A stretch of 64,000 nucleotides of DNA. Origin: Antedon mediterranea. Taxonomy: Eukaryota > Animalia > Echinodermata. Where the stretch lies: assembly GCF_964355755.1 (NCBI RefSeq), contig NC_092677.1:10376101-10440100 (forward strand), given 5' to 3'. How positions within the stretch are numbered: the stretch's first letter is position 1; each line of letters begins with the position of its first letter. Shown in pieces: positions 40,374-52,618 of the stretch. The notes under the pieces are model-generated. The model searched no databases and had not been told where the DNA came from. It worked only from the letters and a program-made list of their open reading frames with translations. A program made the translations under genes and the position numbers.

Positions 40374-41387
40374 ACTCGAAAATTACAGGAAATTTATTTA
40401 TCTCATTCTAAACTGACTGATTAAGCTGGGACACATTTTAATACCCTTTTTATCGTTCTGCTGTGTTTTTTATAACATTAAACAATGTGTTTTTAGACAG
40501 ATTTCTGTCTGCACAATCAATTCTCTACGTCTCAATCGGTTTACAGAGTCATCATCATTAATTAAATAACTACTGTGGTGCTTGTTTAATTAATAATTCT
40601 CCTATTGAATAACACATTATTCCTTCATTGTTTGATGTTATTATTCGGCAAGTTATTAAAGACATCCTTTGAAAATCATGTAACTTTATTTGGCAGACAT
40701 GCAGAGAAAGTATTATTTTGAAAAAGTGCTCTTGACTGCGAGCCAAAAATGATTTTTTCCTGTTGGCGATATCTCCAGGGGGAAGTATATCCTCAGTCTT
40801 ACTCTCAGTCTCATTAATATGCTCAACAAAAAGCTACTGTAGGCCTACAGTACATTTATACTACAGTACTACAATGTTGCCTATAGTTCTATAATTAGCA
40901 AAAGTTTAATGGAACTAATCGGAAATACAGTTGAACCCTCCCTTGGGACATCTGCAATCAGGTCAGGGGACACCTCTACTACATTTATTAAGGTGAAATA
41001 TAAAATATGAACAAATTATTATAAAATTTACCTTTCATTCAAAACAACTTTACTTTTAAATATCAAAGTTACAGTATTAATTGTATGTAGTGAAAATGTC
41101 TAGGCCCTAGCCTAGAGTAGATATTATTAGCAGCCTAGACAGTAGCCTAAACCTAAGCAATTTGGGGAAATAATAGCAACTGGAAGATATTGTATAACTA
41201 ATTTTGATTGAGGCTAACTAACTACCAGGGCCTATTGCCTACAATAATTGCTCTAATGTGCTAACAAACTAGGCATGATGTAGCCTATGAATAATCAATC
41301 AATCAGCAGAGTTGACAGTTCATTCATTATATTAAATGATTGATATATATTCCTTTCTTAATTCATTATTCTTACTACTTTACTTAC

Positions 41388-41430
41388 ACAATAATTGTAT
41401 GTATATGAAAGACTCGGCATTACGCTCCAT
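41388..41430 (-). CDS. CUB-domain protein, putative first coding exon (MERNAESFIYIQLL, start of signal peptide)
   Basis: ATG at 41430(-) and donor T|gtaagt (phase 1). Joined to exon 34595-34551 it gives a continuous signal-peptide-like hydrophobic stretch. Confidence 0.6.
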
Positions 41431-42130
41431 TCCAAACAACACGTTAACCAATGCATTGGTAGCAATGATAAAAACCTATAGGCCAGACATTTTGAAATCG
41501 TCTGCCTAGCACTCAAACAACATGAAATGCTCATTCACCGATATGATGTTGAGCTAGCCAGCTGATGGGTAGGATTTCCTGGCCTTGGAGGAGTCAAGAC
41601 TCATTCAACCCTGTCTACATTTCACAGCAGACCAAATCTTGATTCCAGCCTGGCATTCGGTGCTAAAATAGTAATTCAATACAGAATTATAACCTGTATA
41701 TTTCATCCATTTATGAATTCCTGTCTGCCTGAAATATAGTCGATACTTTCGCTACAATCCTCTCTCTATATGATGGCTTATTATCGCATTTTATCCCATC
41801 CAAAATCCGTTTTTGACCTTCTTTCACGTCTGGCCGATCGGCCCAGACAGGTGATACCATTTAACCAGACAGGAAAACCGCCTAATGATATAACGTACGT
41901 ACTATCTAAACTATGAATAATTGATTTTGTATTGTAGGTAATCTTGTAAAAAATCTTTATTTAGGATATATTTTTGAAAAACGTAATATTTTACGTTGAT
42001 ACTATCTTCGCGTATCAATTATATTTTTTTTCAAATATTGTGAGACCGTACATTGTTACACCAATAATAATGGAATGTACCGTCAATTATAATCGTATTC
42101 AAGGTAATTGGAATATTGGTGGCGCTCTGT

Positions 42131-42173
42131 GTAGCCATGACAACTATTAGCAACTTAACTTGTGATAAACAAA
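42131..42173 (+). promoter_or_regulatory. RFX X-box plus forkhead (FoxJ1-type) motif upstream of CIMIP1
   Basis: GTAGCCATGACAAC at 42131-42144 (reverse complement GTTGTCATGGCTAC), half-site TAGCAAC at 42148-42154 and TAAACAAA at 42166-42173. All lie about 95-140 bp before the ATG of a motile-cilia gene. Confidence 0.7.
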
Positions 42174-42268
42174 CTAAGTCGATACCAAATACAGTAATTG
42201 TAAGCGTGGCAATGTACGCCTAATTCTAAATAATAGTAGATTTTCTATATTATACTGGTTATCAAATC

Positions 42269-42324
42269 ATGGCTGAAAAAATAACGAAGTCAGAGTTGAA
42301 CTTTGTAGCTCAGGATAAAATTTG
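42269..42324 (+). CDS. CIMIP1: CIMIP1/C20orf85 orthologue, coding exon 1 (MAEKITKSELNFVAQDKIW, split codon)
   Basis: ATG at 42269, donor TG|gtaaga at 42325. The peptide matches the family N-terminal pattern N-x-V-x-Q-D-x-I-W, recognised from memory of human C20orf85. Confidence 0.9.
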
Positions 42325-42849
42325 GTAAGAATATAATTATAATTGTCATACTTAGCCTATAGCTATAGAGGCCTATATTAGGCTATCTTTAATTTCTTTT
42401 TATTTATTGTGTTAAAAAGGGTACACTCACCGACATTATAATAATATTTGTGTTAGAATGGTGTCTAAAATATTAATAATCTTAATAAGTAGATTTTTAA
42501 AAATGTTTATCTTTGCTATATTCAGAGAATACCTGAATAAGTTTTATTATACTGTATAATTTTTATTTTTTTTTATATGGTTGTTTTCATTAAAAACTGA
42601 CAATGTCATCATTTGCACTCTTAAAATTTATCAATTGTCATATCATCACCACATTTTCATCATCAAAAATGAAACTGTCACGTCATCAACTTGTCATTTT
42701 CATCATCATAGAAGTATATCATCTTGTCATTTTCATCATAAAAAAAACTGTTAGTCGTAATTAAGTCACAAAATTATCAACATTTTATTTAAAAAAATAT
42801 GCATTTTTACCCTATAATATGACGACAATATATTTGTAATTTTTCATAG

Positions 42850-42931
42850 GAAGGATCATATAAGATATGAAATAGTAGCATCACGAAAATGGCCGAAAGA
42901 ATGGGGTTTTTTAAAAACAAGTTATAGTGAC
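42850..42931 (+). CDS. CIMIP1: CIMIP1/C20orf85 orthologue, coding exon 2 (KDHIRYEIVASRKWPKEWGFLKTSYSD)
   Basis: Acceptor ttttcatag|G and donor GAC|gtaagt. Phase 2 in and phase 0 out fit exons 1 and 3. Contains the W-P-x-x-W-G-F-L motif. Confidence 0.92.
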
Positions 42932-43040
42932 GTAAGTATTATTATAGATTTTTACTTAATTTGAAAATAAAAATGCTTAAAAAAGGAACGACATTTCAAC
43001 TCCATGATGGGGTGTAAACGTCATTCCTCCATCATGAATT

Positions 43041-43190
43041 TAGTGCCGTAGCTAGCCACGAGAAATAATTGTTGTTTGGGGATTGCAAGAAAATGGATCA
43101 ATCTCTGTTCAAGCCACTCAGTTGCCATAATGCCTCTGTGAAATAGTGTCAGGTTAAAACCTTACCAACCACACTGGTGGCTACGGCCTG
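43041..43190. mobile_element. hAT-like MITE
   Basis: Imperfect TIR tagtgccgtagc / gctacggcctg. The body is repeated at 45085-45191. Confidence 0.6.
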
Positions 43191-44234
43191 GGAGTTTCAC
43201 CATGGGACTGAAATGTTGTTCTATGTTAAGTGATATTTTTCTTTTCAAGAATGTTTATTTTAAGTTTTATATAAACAGTTCTTTCAGACCTAAATTTGTC
43301 TTAAAAGGTAAATCAGCATGAAATGGAAATAAACGTTATAACAAAATTACCAGCATGAAATGATTTTTTTTTTAAATTGCTTTTAGTCTAAATATTGATC
43401 CAGTAAAAGGGTTGGGTTTGACACGGTGATCCACCAATGAAATCACCAATCTAACAGATAACTCTGCTTATTAATAAATATGTCAATGTTTAAAAAGTCT
43501 AGACAAGAATAATTAAATTATTGATGTTTAAATCAGCATACCAAGATTAGTCCAGTTTTCTTTGAAATTTTGATTTGTTTCCAGTGAGCACATCTGCTTG
43601 AAATCTAGACAAATTATTATTACATATAATATCCTGCTTTGTGGTTAAATAATATAAATATGTCAAATCATCGGGAATCCAGATGATACCACATTTACCT
43701 CCGACGCTCGTTGCGAACGTTTTAAATTTTGCTGCCTCTTTTTTTTGAAGATTTTTGTGTATGAAATTGTTTGTAATTGATGTTTTAAATTTTGTAAAAA
43801 AATCCTCAATCCAGCTTTTTTGGCTGCTATGTATTTTATTTGCCTCCGTGAATTGTTTTGATGTTTTTTGAAATAGAAATATAGATACCGAGATATATGA
43901 AACACGACCATTGTGGAGTCAACCTACGATAAAAATATACTTTTACAGGATCCAGGATTTTTAATGAGGCAGTGAAAACATAAAATAACTTCTAATATAA
44001 GAAAAGTGCTATAATAATAATAATAATAATAATAACTTTTAACCTGAAATCCCAACTGTAAGCATAGCTTTTTTGGGGGTTAAGATAATACAAGAGGGAT
44101 AAAATAGGTATATGGAGGGTTTCCCCTCTTCTTTTCTGATTGATGAACCTGGTGGTATGTGCCATTTTCTATCACCATTTCTTGAGTCCTAGTGACAAAT
44201 CACAGATAATTTCTCAAGACAAAATGACAAAAAC

Positions 44235-44672
44235 CAACAAAAAATTAACACTACCAAAACGAAGAACTAATTATAAAAAGAAAAGCCTATCATATAGAGG
44301 TGCAAAAATGTGGAATGAAATTAATAATGATCTTAAGAATTGCCAAACCATTTCTGTATTTAAAAAACAAATTATGACAACTTTGTAAAGATATAATGTG
44401 TATTTTAATAGATATATTATATCTCTGCCAGTTTTATTTGTAATCTATTGAGTAGTTATTTTAAAGCATAAATGAACATCAAAAACAGTAGTTAAGATTA
44501 TTTATTAGTATTTATATTTCAGTATAATGTATTGTAGTTTTTTTTTGTAGGTTTTTGTTTGTGAACTTTTTGTTTTTATGCACAGCCTTGCAGAAAAACA
44601 ACTGCTATAGTTGAGCCAAGTTTTCGTGTTTAAATAAAGCATAAATTATTATTATTTTATTATTATTATTAT
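44235..44672 (+). mobile_element. L2/CR1-group LINE 3' fragment (ORF2 C-terminus, 3' UTR, (ATT)n tail)
   Basis: LTLPKRRTNYKKKSLSYRGAKMWNEINNDLKNCQTISVFKK is the typical ORF2 C-terminal pattern. It is followed by AATAAA and ATT repeats. Confidence 0.8.
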
Positions 44673-45084
44673 TACTCCACTACTTGATAAATACAGTTGC
44701 AGTAGCTGTAGAACACATTGTGGTGTGGTTGGCTGGTGAACAAATTTGTCGCCTACTGGGACAATGATATTCAATTTGGTATTGGTAAAGCAATTATGTC
44801 TAAATAAATATTAAAAATGGATGTCATTCTGCAGATGTTGGATTGGAATAGTTGGATACTTTTGGATATGTCTCTTGTTATTAATGTTTGTATCATTTTA
44901 TTATGATCTTTTATACTGTGATTTACAAATATGAATTGTGATGAATATAATTCATATATTTATGGCGTTTTGGTATTGGTGTTTTTCTTTATACACAGTT
45001 GGATCTTGAATAAATAAAAAACAAAAAATAACAAAACTAATTTACACATTCAAGTTAGATGTCCATATTGGTGCAGTGATTTTC

Positions 45085-45191
45085 GCAATAAAAAGGAACA
45101 ATCTCTGTTCAAGTCACAGGGTTGTCAAAGGCCTCTGTGAAAAAGTATTCAGGTTGAAACCTTACCAACCATACTGGTGGCTACGGCCCTG
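45085..45191. mobile_element. Partial second copy of the 43041-43190 MITE
   Basis: caatctctgttcaag...aaaccttaccaacca.actggtggctacggcc is shared between the two. Confidence 0.7.
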
Positions 45192-45797
45192 TTGTGGCTG
45201 TTGGGCTAAACAAAATACAGGTTTACATTCAAAACAATATTCTATAGTACATTATTTTTGTTTGTTTTCAGCAAATAATGTTACTATAAGTCTAGTATGT
45301 GTTCCAGACAGAGTTTTGTCTTAATATTAGTAAAAAGATAAATATTTTGGTACATATGGCATTTCATATGTATACTACTTGAGCTTGGAAAAATCGAAAT
45401 AAAAAAAAATAAATCAAATAAACAATGAATACAGACTTGGGGCAAGTCTACTATAAGTCCAAACAAGAATTAAATTTAGTTTTTATTTAGAACATTATAA
45501 CTGCCATTTTCTTTACTCTTCTAAGGTGGAGATATTTATCACAACAACATATTCATTCAATTATCGAATACTAGAGAATTCCATGCCGAGTAAAAGGACT
45601 TTCGTTTATTAACCCATATGATTTCACATTAAGCCAAGTCGTCATGCCCACAGGGCAGGATTAATGCACTATATTCACATGTAACATTAATACCATCCAA
45701 TTTAAGCATTTTTATTTAAGGGAAGTGGAGTACAATCAACCAATACGTGACAAATTAATTTAACATACGTAACAGATGATACGTAATAAATGCTTTT

Positions 45798-45799
<2 letters not shown>

Positions 45800-45831
<32 letters not shown>
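45800..45831. repeat. (AT)n microsatellite
   Basis: 16 AT units. Confidence 0.95.
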
Positions 45832-45833
<2 letters not shown>

Positions 45834-45887
45834 AAATGTTAATTTTTTAAATTACATTATATTTTGAGAAAACAATATGATATGTAA

Positions 45888-46030
45888 AGCTCTGTCTACA
45901 CTATAAAACTAGTTTGATAGCCCAAATATGGTAGTGATATACCCAAATATGGTAGTGATATGACATCATCATGTCTACATATGGGCACAAATTTTTTTGT
46001 CACATAAAGTTTAATAGTGTAGACAAAGCT
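45888..46030. mobile_element. MITE family A (CIMIP1 intron 2)
   Basis: Both TIRs present, with the internal cccaaatatggtagtgatat doublet. Confidence 0.85.
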
Positions 46031-46070
46031 TTATATGTCTGAAAAGCAGGGTTAGCTTTACTAACAGCAA

Positions 46071-46195
46071 AGCTCTAAAACTTTATGTGACAAAAAAAAA
46101 TTGTGATGATGTCATATCACTACCATATTTGAGCATATCACTACCATATTTGGGCACATCACACTTTCTTGTCAAACTAGTTTGTAGACAGAGCT
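46071..46195. mobile_element. MITE family A, inverted relative to the adjacent copy
   Basis: Internal catatcactaccatattt doublet; terminus gtagacagagct-TAA. Confidence 0.8.
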
Positions 46196-47793
46196 TAAGT
46201 TAATATTTAAACAAATTTCTCAAGACATGCATTTGAGTAGTGGTGACTTTTTTCACTCAAAGGTTTTGACTGTTTCACCAAATATAGTAGAAAATATATT
46301 TTACATCATCATGCTATTAATATAAAAAAAACAAAAATTTACTGTATTTTGATTTATTATACGAGAAAAAATAGTAGTAGGAATATATGAAATAACTCTA
46401 AGCTGATTTATTATAAAATTACATTAGTTTAAAGTTCAAATTAGTTCTAAAGCCACATTCACTAAGTTTTGGGTCAATTTATAATCATTTTTTTTGTATC
46501 TATATTAAAATTTATAGTTTGCAGACAGTCAAGGTTTAAGTGCTGAAAACTTGCAGAAAATAAAACTAATATTAATTCTGAAGCAGATGTAATAGTCTAG
46601 ACAATTACCATAATTAATGACATATGTAGCATTTAACTATTAATTCATTAGGTTATAAGCAATATGATTTTATTGTAAGCCTAGCATTTCTATTGTTTGC
46701 ATGTGGTAAACCAATTTCTGTAATGTTACTGCAGTTACTGCAAGTCACATGAAAGAAAATTGTTTTGTTTGTTTTCAAGTCTCAGCTTACACAAAAAAAA
46801 GAATGTTACTGCAATTAAACGCAAGCTCTGTCTGAAAAAAAAAACCCAATAATTAGAAAAACAAAGCTAAACAATTAAAATTATAACATTTAATGTAATA
46901 CAAACAATGTAATGAAATACATCTGTATAAATACTGATTAAAGAATTTTGTTTAAATAAGTAAAATAAAATTTCATTTAAAATGAGCAAACCTGAAGTAA
47001 TAAGAGTTCAAATTTCAGATTAAAATTCGAAAAATTGCCTGAACATCAAATAATCGGTCATGTAGAATTGTCTAAACTTTATGCTAATTTTGTAAATGTC
47101 ATGGGTCATGTGACTGCTGTAATGTTTATGTTTAAGAGATAATATCAAGAAAGATGTTCTATGCATCATTTCACATCAAACCCCTAACCTGGTAACCTAT
47201 GCTTGTAAACTGCGAGTGTGCATTCTATCTCAATTTTTACTGTAGTAGCTGCCAATACATTAGCCTACACAGTAGGCTACGTCCATAGGCTACCACGTTG
47301 AATTTCCTCTATAGCGCTGGGGAAGTAAATACAGTATGTTCGTTTAAAAAAAAAATTGAAATGCAGCTATGTTGTTTTGTGAATTACATTAAAAAAAAAC
47401 TATATAAAAATCTGAGAACCCTAATGTACATTAGATAGACTTTCCACCGCTTCATGCAAGCCCGGGTTTCAACAAACTCACACAGTAAATTTGCATAACT
47501 AAGCCTAGCTTATGACGATTTTAGCTCCTTTTGTTGAAAAGAGTGTCCTGTTGTAAGAAAAAAGACTCCCCATCACCCCCACCCTTATAAACATCCTGCC
47601 TACACGCTTGTCACATGTCTTTTATTTTCGAGGCACCAGGTTTTAAGACCGCATTAAGCTGTGCAACAGTAGTGGTGCAAAACAGAGTGCTATTTTTATA
47701 GGGGTTCTTTTTTTTTTAAACAAAAACTGCTCTAAGCTATAATTAGGCCTCTACCACCATTCTTATGTAGTCTCTAGTTTGAAGAGGTCACTT

Positions 47794-47982
47794 TAGAAGG
47801 TAGGGGTGTGGAGCAGTTTGTAGAAGGTAGGGGTGTGGAGCAGTTTGTAGAAGGTAGGGGTGTGGAGCAGTTTGTAGAAGGTAGGGGTGTGGAGCAGTTT
47901 GTAGAAGGTAGGGGTGTGGAGCAGTTTGTAGAAGGTAGGGGTGTGGAGCAGTTTGTAGAAGGTAGGGGTGTGGAGCAGTTTG
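47794..47982. repeat. 27-bp minisatellite (tagaaggtaggggtgtggagcagtttg) x7, identical units
   Basis: Exact period 27. Confidence 0.97.
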
Positions 47983-49511
47983 TTTAAAGTTTGGGGTTTG
48001 CTGTGTAGCATTTACTCTAAAAGATCCGAAAAAATAAACCCTCTATAATAATACAATGCATCATGTAAATACATATAAGTTAAAGGGGAAGAATCATGCA
48101 CCTTATGACATCCTAAAACAACAAAAATAAAACAAAGAGCAAAGATTAGAATTGACATAAATCACAAAACTTGGCATTTCCTTATTACAACTTGTTTAAT
48201 CATGCCATGTAATATATGTTTACACTTTGTCTAGACAAGGCTTATATAATTCCTTGAAAACTATTACAACAACCAAAACATATTGTATAATTCATTGAAT
48301 AAAAATTAATGATTGACTTAATATTTGTGACAGTCTATACCATATATGGTAATACTGGATTTAGACAACCTTTAGTTACATAATAATATATGATGAATTC
48401 AAATAAAACCCATACATATGATGAATACATATTACATCAACCTGAACTAAACATTCTAAAACAATTCTAATATATTTATTTATAAATAATTAATTGAATA
48501 AAATAAGAATAAGAATATCACTAAACATTCTAAAATAAATATATTTATTAATTTAATTACTGATTTACTTTTTCTTGATACTGAGGACACTTAAATTTTT
48601 AATTCCCATGTGATTAAAATGTCATAAATATAGGAAGGCCAACTTTTAATAGATCAGTCTTCCACTAGGTTGTATATTACTGAAATTCTTTATTCAACAG
48701 TCGCATTAAATATTGTAATACTAATAATATAATACTGTACAGTTGAACATTGAAAACAATAAATTACTGAGACTAGAATCTTTATTCAACACTTATACGT
48801 ATGCCGTAGGCATCTAGGTGAACATGAGCTTGCATGTTTCTCCTTTTAGCCTCTTGTTGTCTCCACTCTTCATTAACCTTTAAACTAATTGTCTGGTACG
48901 CGCTACAACTGCTGCTTCAGGGGAGGATCCAGCATTTGTTTGCCGGGGTGGATATGACCATTCTTTTGAGTTAAAGGAGGTGATCCTTTCACCTACCCGT
49001 AGATCCACTGTGCGCATAAACAATTTTCTATAACTGGTTTTCAGTTTTATTAAAATCAACATGTCATGGACAAATGTGGTACAGTAGTTAAAGTCTCATG
49101 GATAGTTTGCAATAGGTTGATAATAGTACAGTAATGATAATAATATTCGTTACCAGATTATAATCCAACAGTCTAGACACATTATACTCATTATTTCTTG
49201 ATTAATATTTATGCTTATTTTTCATGACATCAATGAACATTTATACAGGAAATGATGTTTCGTATTTTTTCCAATTTTATAGATATAAAATCATAACTTC
49301 CTTTTTGTTCATATGACTATTATTTCCGAACATCAGGATGTGTCGTAAATGATAATGGTATCGTTTCTTGCATCCTTGATTTGTCGCTCACACATGAAAT
49401 TATTTGAAACACTTTATAAAAATGACAATGTATACATCCTTCCAATTAAAACCCTTTCCTTTTATTATTATTAGAAATGTCAATGCATGAAATTCCATTT
49501 GTTTTTTACAG

Positions 49512-49769
49512 CTTGTTAAAGATGAGATAACAAAAACAGAAAGGGAAAAGATCCAGCTTCCTGCTGCTCTAACGCTTCCACCTATTACTCCAATATCCAG
49601 ATACATCACGGTTCATCCGTCACCAAAGCCATTCCCGCAAACGACGAGCTCGGAGGTTGGATGGCGCTCATCGTGTCCCCAACACAGCTTAGAAAAATAT
49701 GGAAAATATGCAAGGCCTAAGGGAGGTCTGATCAAAGCATTCAAGTGGCCTCCTGAAGCTATCATCTAA
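49512..49769 (+). CDS. CIMIP1: CIMIP1/C20orf85 orthologue, last coding exon (LVKDEITKTEREKIQLPAALTLPPITPISRYITVHPSPKPFPQTTSSEVGWRSSCPQHSLEKYGKYARPKGGLIKAFKWPPEAII*)
   Basis: Acceptor gttttttacag|CTT, open frame to TAA at 49767-49769. Contains P-I-T-P-x-x-x-Y-I, P-x-T-T-x-x-x-x-G-W-R-S and a terminal W-P. Spliced CDS is 396 nt = 131 aa. Confidence 0.92.
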   Translation, partial: LVKDEITKTEREKIQLPAALTLPPITPISRYITVHPSPKPFPQTTSSEVGWRSSCPQHSLEKYGKYARPKGGLIKAFKWPPEAII

Positions 49770-50913
49770 AAAAGCAATATTTTATGGAATTTTATTAGTT
49801 TGGTCTTGCAGCAATTAAGTACCAACTTTTAGATTAAACTGACTGTAAAAATAATATCAAGAGGAGACACTTATTGCATGCTGCCTGTTTGCAGTGAAAT
49901 ATTTGTGGTGTGTAGGCCTACCCAAACAACCTCTGACTAAAACCGGACCACTTCAGCACGGAAAGAGTGGCACTGATTGGGTAAGGGTGTCAGTGTTTAC
50001 ATCATGAACAACTACCCCTTCTCTATAGTTTAGCAGACAGCCCGCCAAGATATCAATTTTTAAATGAATAGAACTTGAACTGAAAAAGGTTAACAAAATA
50101 TTAATATATATTAACATTTAAAGAAATTATATATAAAAAGTGAATAAAACTTGAACGCACAAAAGTGGGTGGAGGAGGGGTTCGATTTCTCTCTACCACA
50201 ACCCCTGTTTAGTGCCCCTCAATGCCTGCCACAGACAGATTGCCATGCCCCTGAACATACAGTAATAATACACTTGAAAACAGATCAATATCCCTATTCC
50301 CTATGTAGAACAAGACATACATTGGTCACATTAATCAATACTAACTATGCATTCATTATTAAATTTTAAGGGAATAAATAATTGTGTATTGGAGCAATAG
50401 TATTTAATTTTGTAAAGTACAGTACAGTAAATAATAATTACATGTGTGGGGGGAGTTGTTTAAAGTAAATAAGATTAATGAATGTTATGTGTTTTATTTT
50501 TTTATCGAGTATTTCAATTCCTGAATCTTTTTGTTCAATTTGAAATATGCTTGTAAAAACCAAGATGTAGCAAACAAAATAGTAGGTTCTCCACTTTGTA
50601 GACAGTTGACATGTATAAAATAATGGTGAATATAGTTTCTGCTTTTAGAGGTCAAGTTTGAGACACCCAAATTCAGGGAACCTTTTCCTGTTAAATTAAC
50701 AAGAGGAATGAACATGAAGACCAATTCTTATTTAGGGGACACCCATAAGTCTAATTGATCAAACTTAAGTAAGCTTCCATTCATGTTTTGATAAATAAAC
50801 ACTGCTTAACTATAAAACTTAAACAAAAGAAAATATAAATGCCAGCCCACGTCTAATTCCTGAATCCTTTTTTTTTTTAAATGGCAGAATTAACATTAAA
50901 CCTTTCCTAAATA

Positions 50914-51071
50914 CAGTAGAACTTCTACTACATGGAAACCCTTTGGTAGGCTTACCCAACAAAGTGTCCCTTTAAGGGGTGTCCTCTGAGTAGGGGTTGG
51001 CAGTAGTGTATAAATTGTTCCTTGTCACAGTGTCCCCTTAATAGGAGTGTCTCAAAGGAAAGCTTCTACTG
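50914..51071. mobile_element. Tc1/pogo-like MITE (CAGT termini, TA duplication)
   Basis: TA-CAGTAGAA ... TTCTACTG-TA with internal gtgtcc/ggacac repeats. Related fragments lie near 21177, 34917 and 40929. Confidence 0.7.
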
Positions 51072-51617
51072 TAATAGAAATTTGTGCACGCAAGTTAAAT
51101 AAGTTTATAATTTGTTCCTCTATTAAATACTTCCCACTAGGAAGCAAACAAAAAGATACCTTGGCATATGGAGTATTCCCAAAGTAATATATTCTGAAAT
51201 TAAACTATAAAAAGCAAAAAGAAAAAGCAATATACTGTATGTATATTTAAATTTGGAGAACAAAGCAATATGAACAACAATTATTTTATATGGCTGTTGA
51301 TTGTAAAATATGAAATAATAAAAGCACAGTTGTGTACTTGATTGTCAACATCATCGTGTTTGCTTTAAGTGCGTTTTACTGGTCCAAAACAAATAGATTT
51401 TAACATTGTATGCAAAGCTATGGAAACAAAACAAATTAATTTTATAAATCAAACATAATGGTGTGCATCATAAGCAATCTTAATAGAATCCATTTTTTCA
51501 ATCCAAGTTTTTTTTTGTATCAGTTGAAAGGGGAGAGTATTTTTATGATTTGAAAGATTGACAGAACCGTCTATTAACAAATGAAACCCCATTCAACTAT
51601 ATAGCACACTGGTCTAA

Positions 51618-51759
51618 AGCTCTGTCAAAAAAGTTTGACAAAAAAAGGTGTGATGTCCCCAAATATGGTAGTGATATGCCCAAATATGTTAGTGATATGA
51701 CATCATCATGTCCATATATGGGCACATCACATTTTGTCACATAAGGTGTAGACAGAGCT
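51618..51759. mobile_element. MITE family A
   Basis: agctctgtc ... gtgtagacagagct with the same internal sequence. Confidence 0.85.
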
Positions 51760-52618
51760 TTAAGTAAACCGAAGTAAATTTTGTTTGTTTCAACGAGGCT
51801 AACCCTATAATTTTGTTTCCATAGTGGTCCCTGGCATATAAAGAACAAATCTTAATTAACAAGCAAATGTTGATTAAATCATAAGTTGCATTTCCAATGT
51901 CCTTTAATTAATTTGCTGCTTACATTTTAATTATTATAGAAATATTCTAAAGCATTCAGTTTAATACAATAATACACACTGCATTAATCCCCTAATTTAG
52001 GCTAACTTCAGAACCAAGACGTTGGTTACATTGTCAATCAAATCTAAGTTTAATCCCACCTATTATTGTACTCCTCCCCAGACTACAGTATACTCGTGTC
52101 ATAAAGGGTCATTATATCATTATATTGCCTGTATCTCAATTTTACATGCAATTTCCTTGTTGTTTGCTATATCAAAAGTATTAAAGTTTGATGTCCTTAA
52201 AATCAATCTGGCATGCCATACTGTATCTAACATCATCTTAATTTGATATTTCTATGACGATGACGATTATAAATTATCTGTACGTTTTCAATGGATATTT
52301 GTGTAACATTTATGAGTATGTTATTAATACAACAGCTTGTCTCTTTGGAGGAGGCGGGCGAGACAAGAAGGAAATTAAGCATTCATTTAGCAATTAGGAT
52401 CAGACAGACAGGTGAAGTGGTTAAGGGAGAATATTTTTGTAAGTAAAGGTAAATTCATGGCGTTCTTACCTGATGATGTAACAAACAACTTTGTGTAAAA
52501 GAAAAATAATTACTGAGTTTTGTCTGTGTCTGTGGGGATAGAAGAAGTACTCCTGGTTCCACATAAAATAAAAAGAAAGAAAATATTTTACATTATACAT
52601 TCATTCTAAAAAAAACAA

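Noticed and set aside
52469-52552. Minus-strand donor CAG|gtaaga with a possible upstream acceptor
   Set aside because: No convincing peptide or partner exons.
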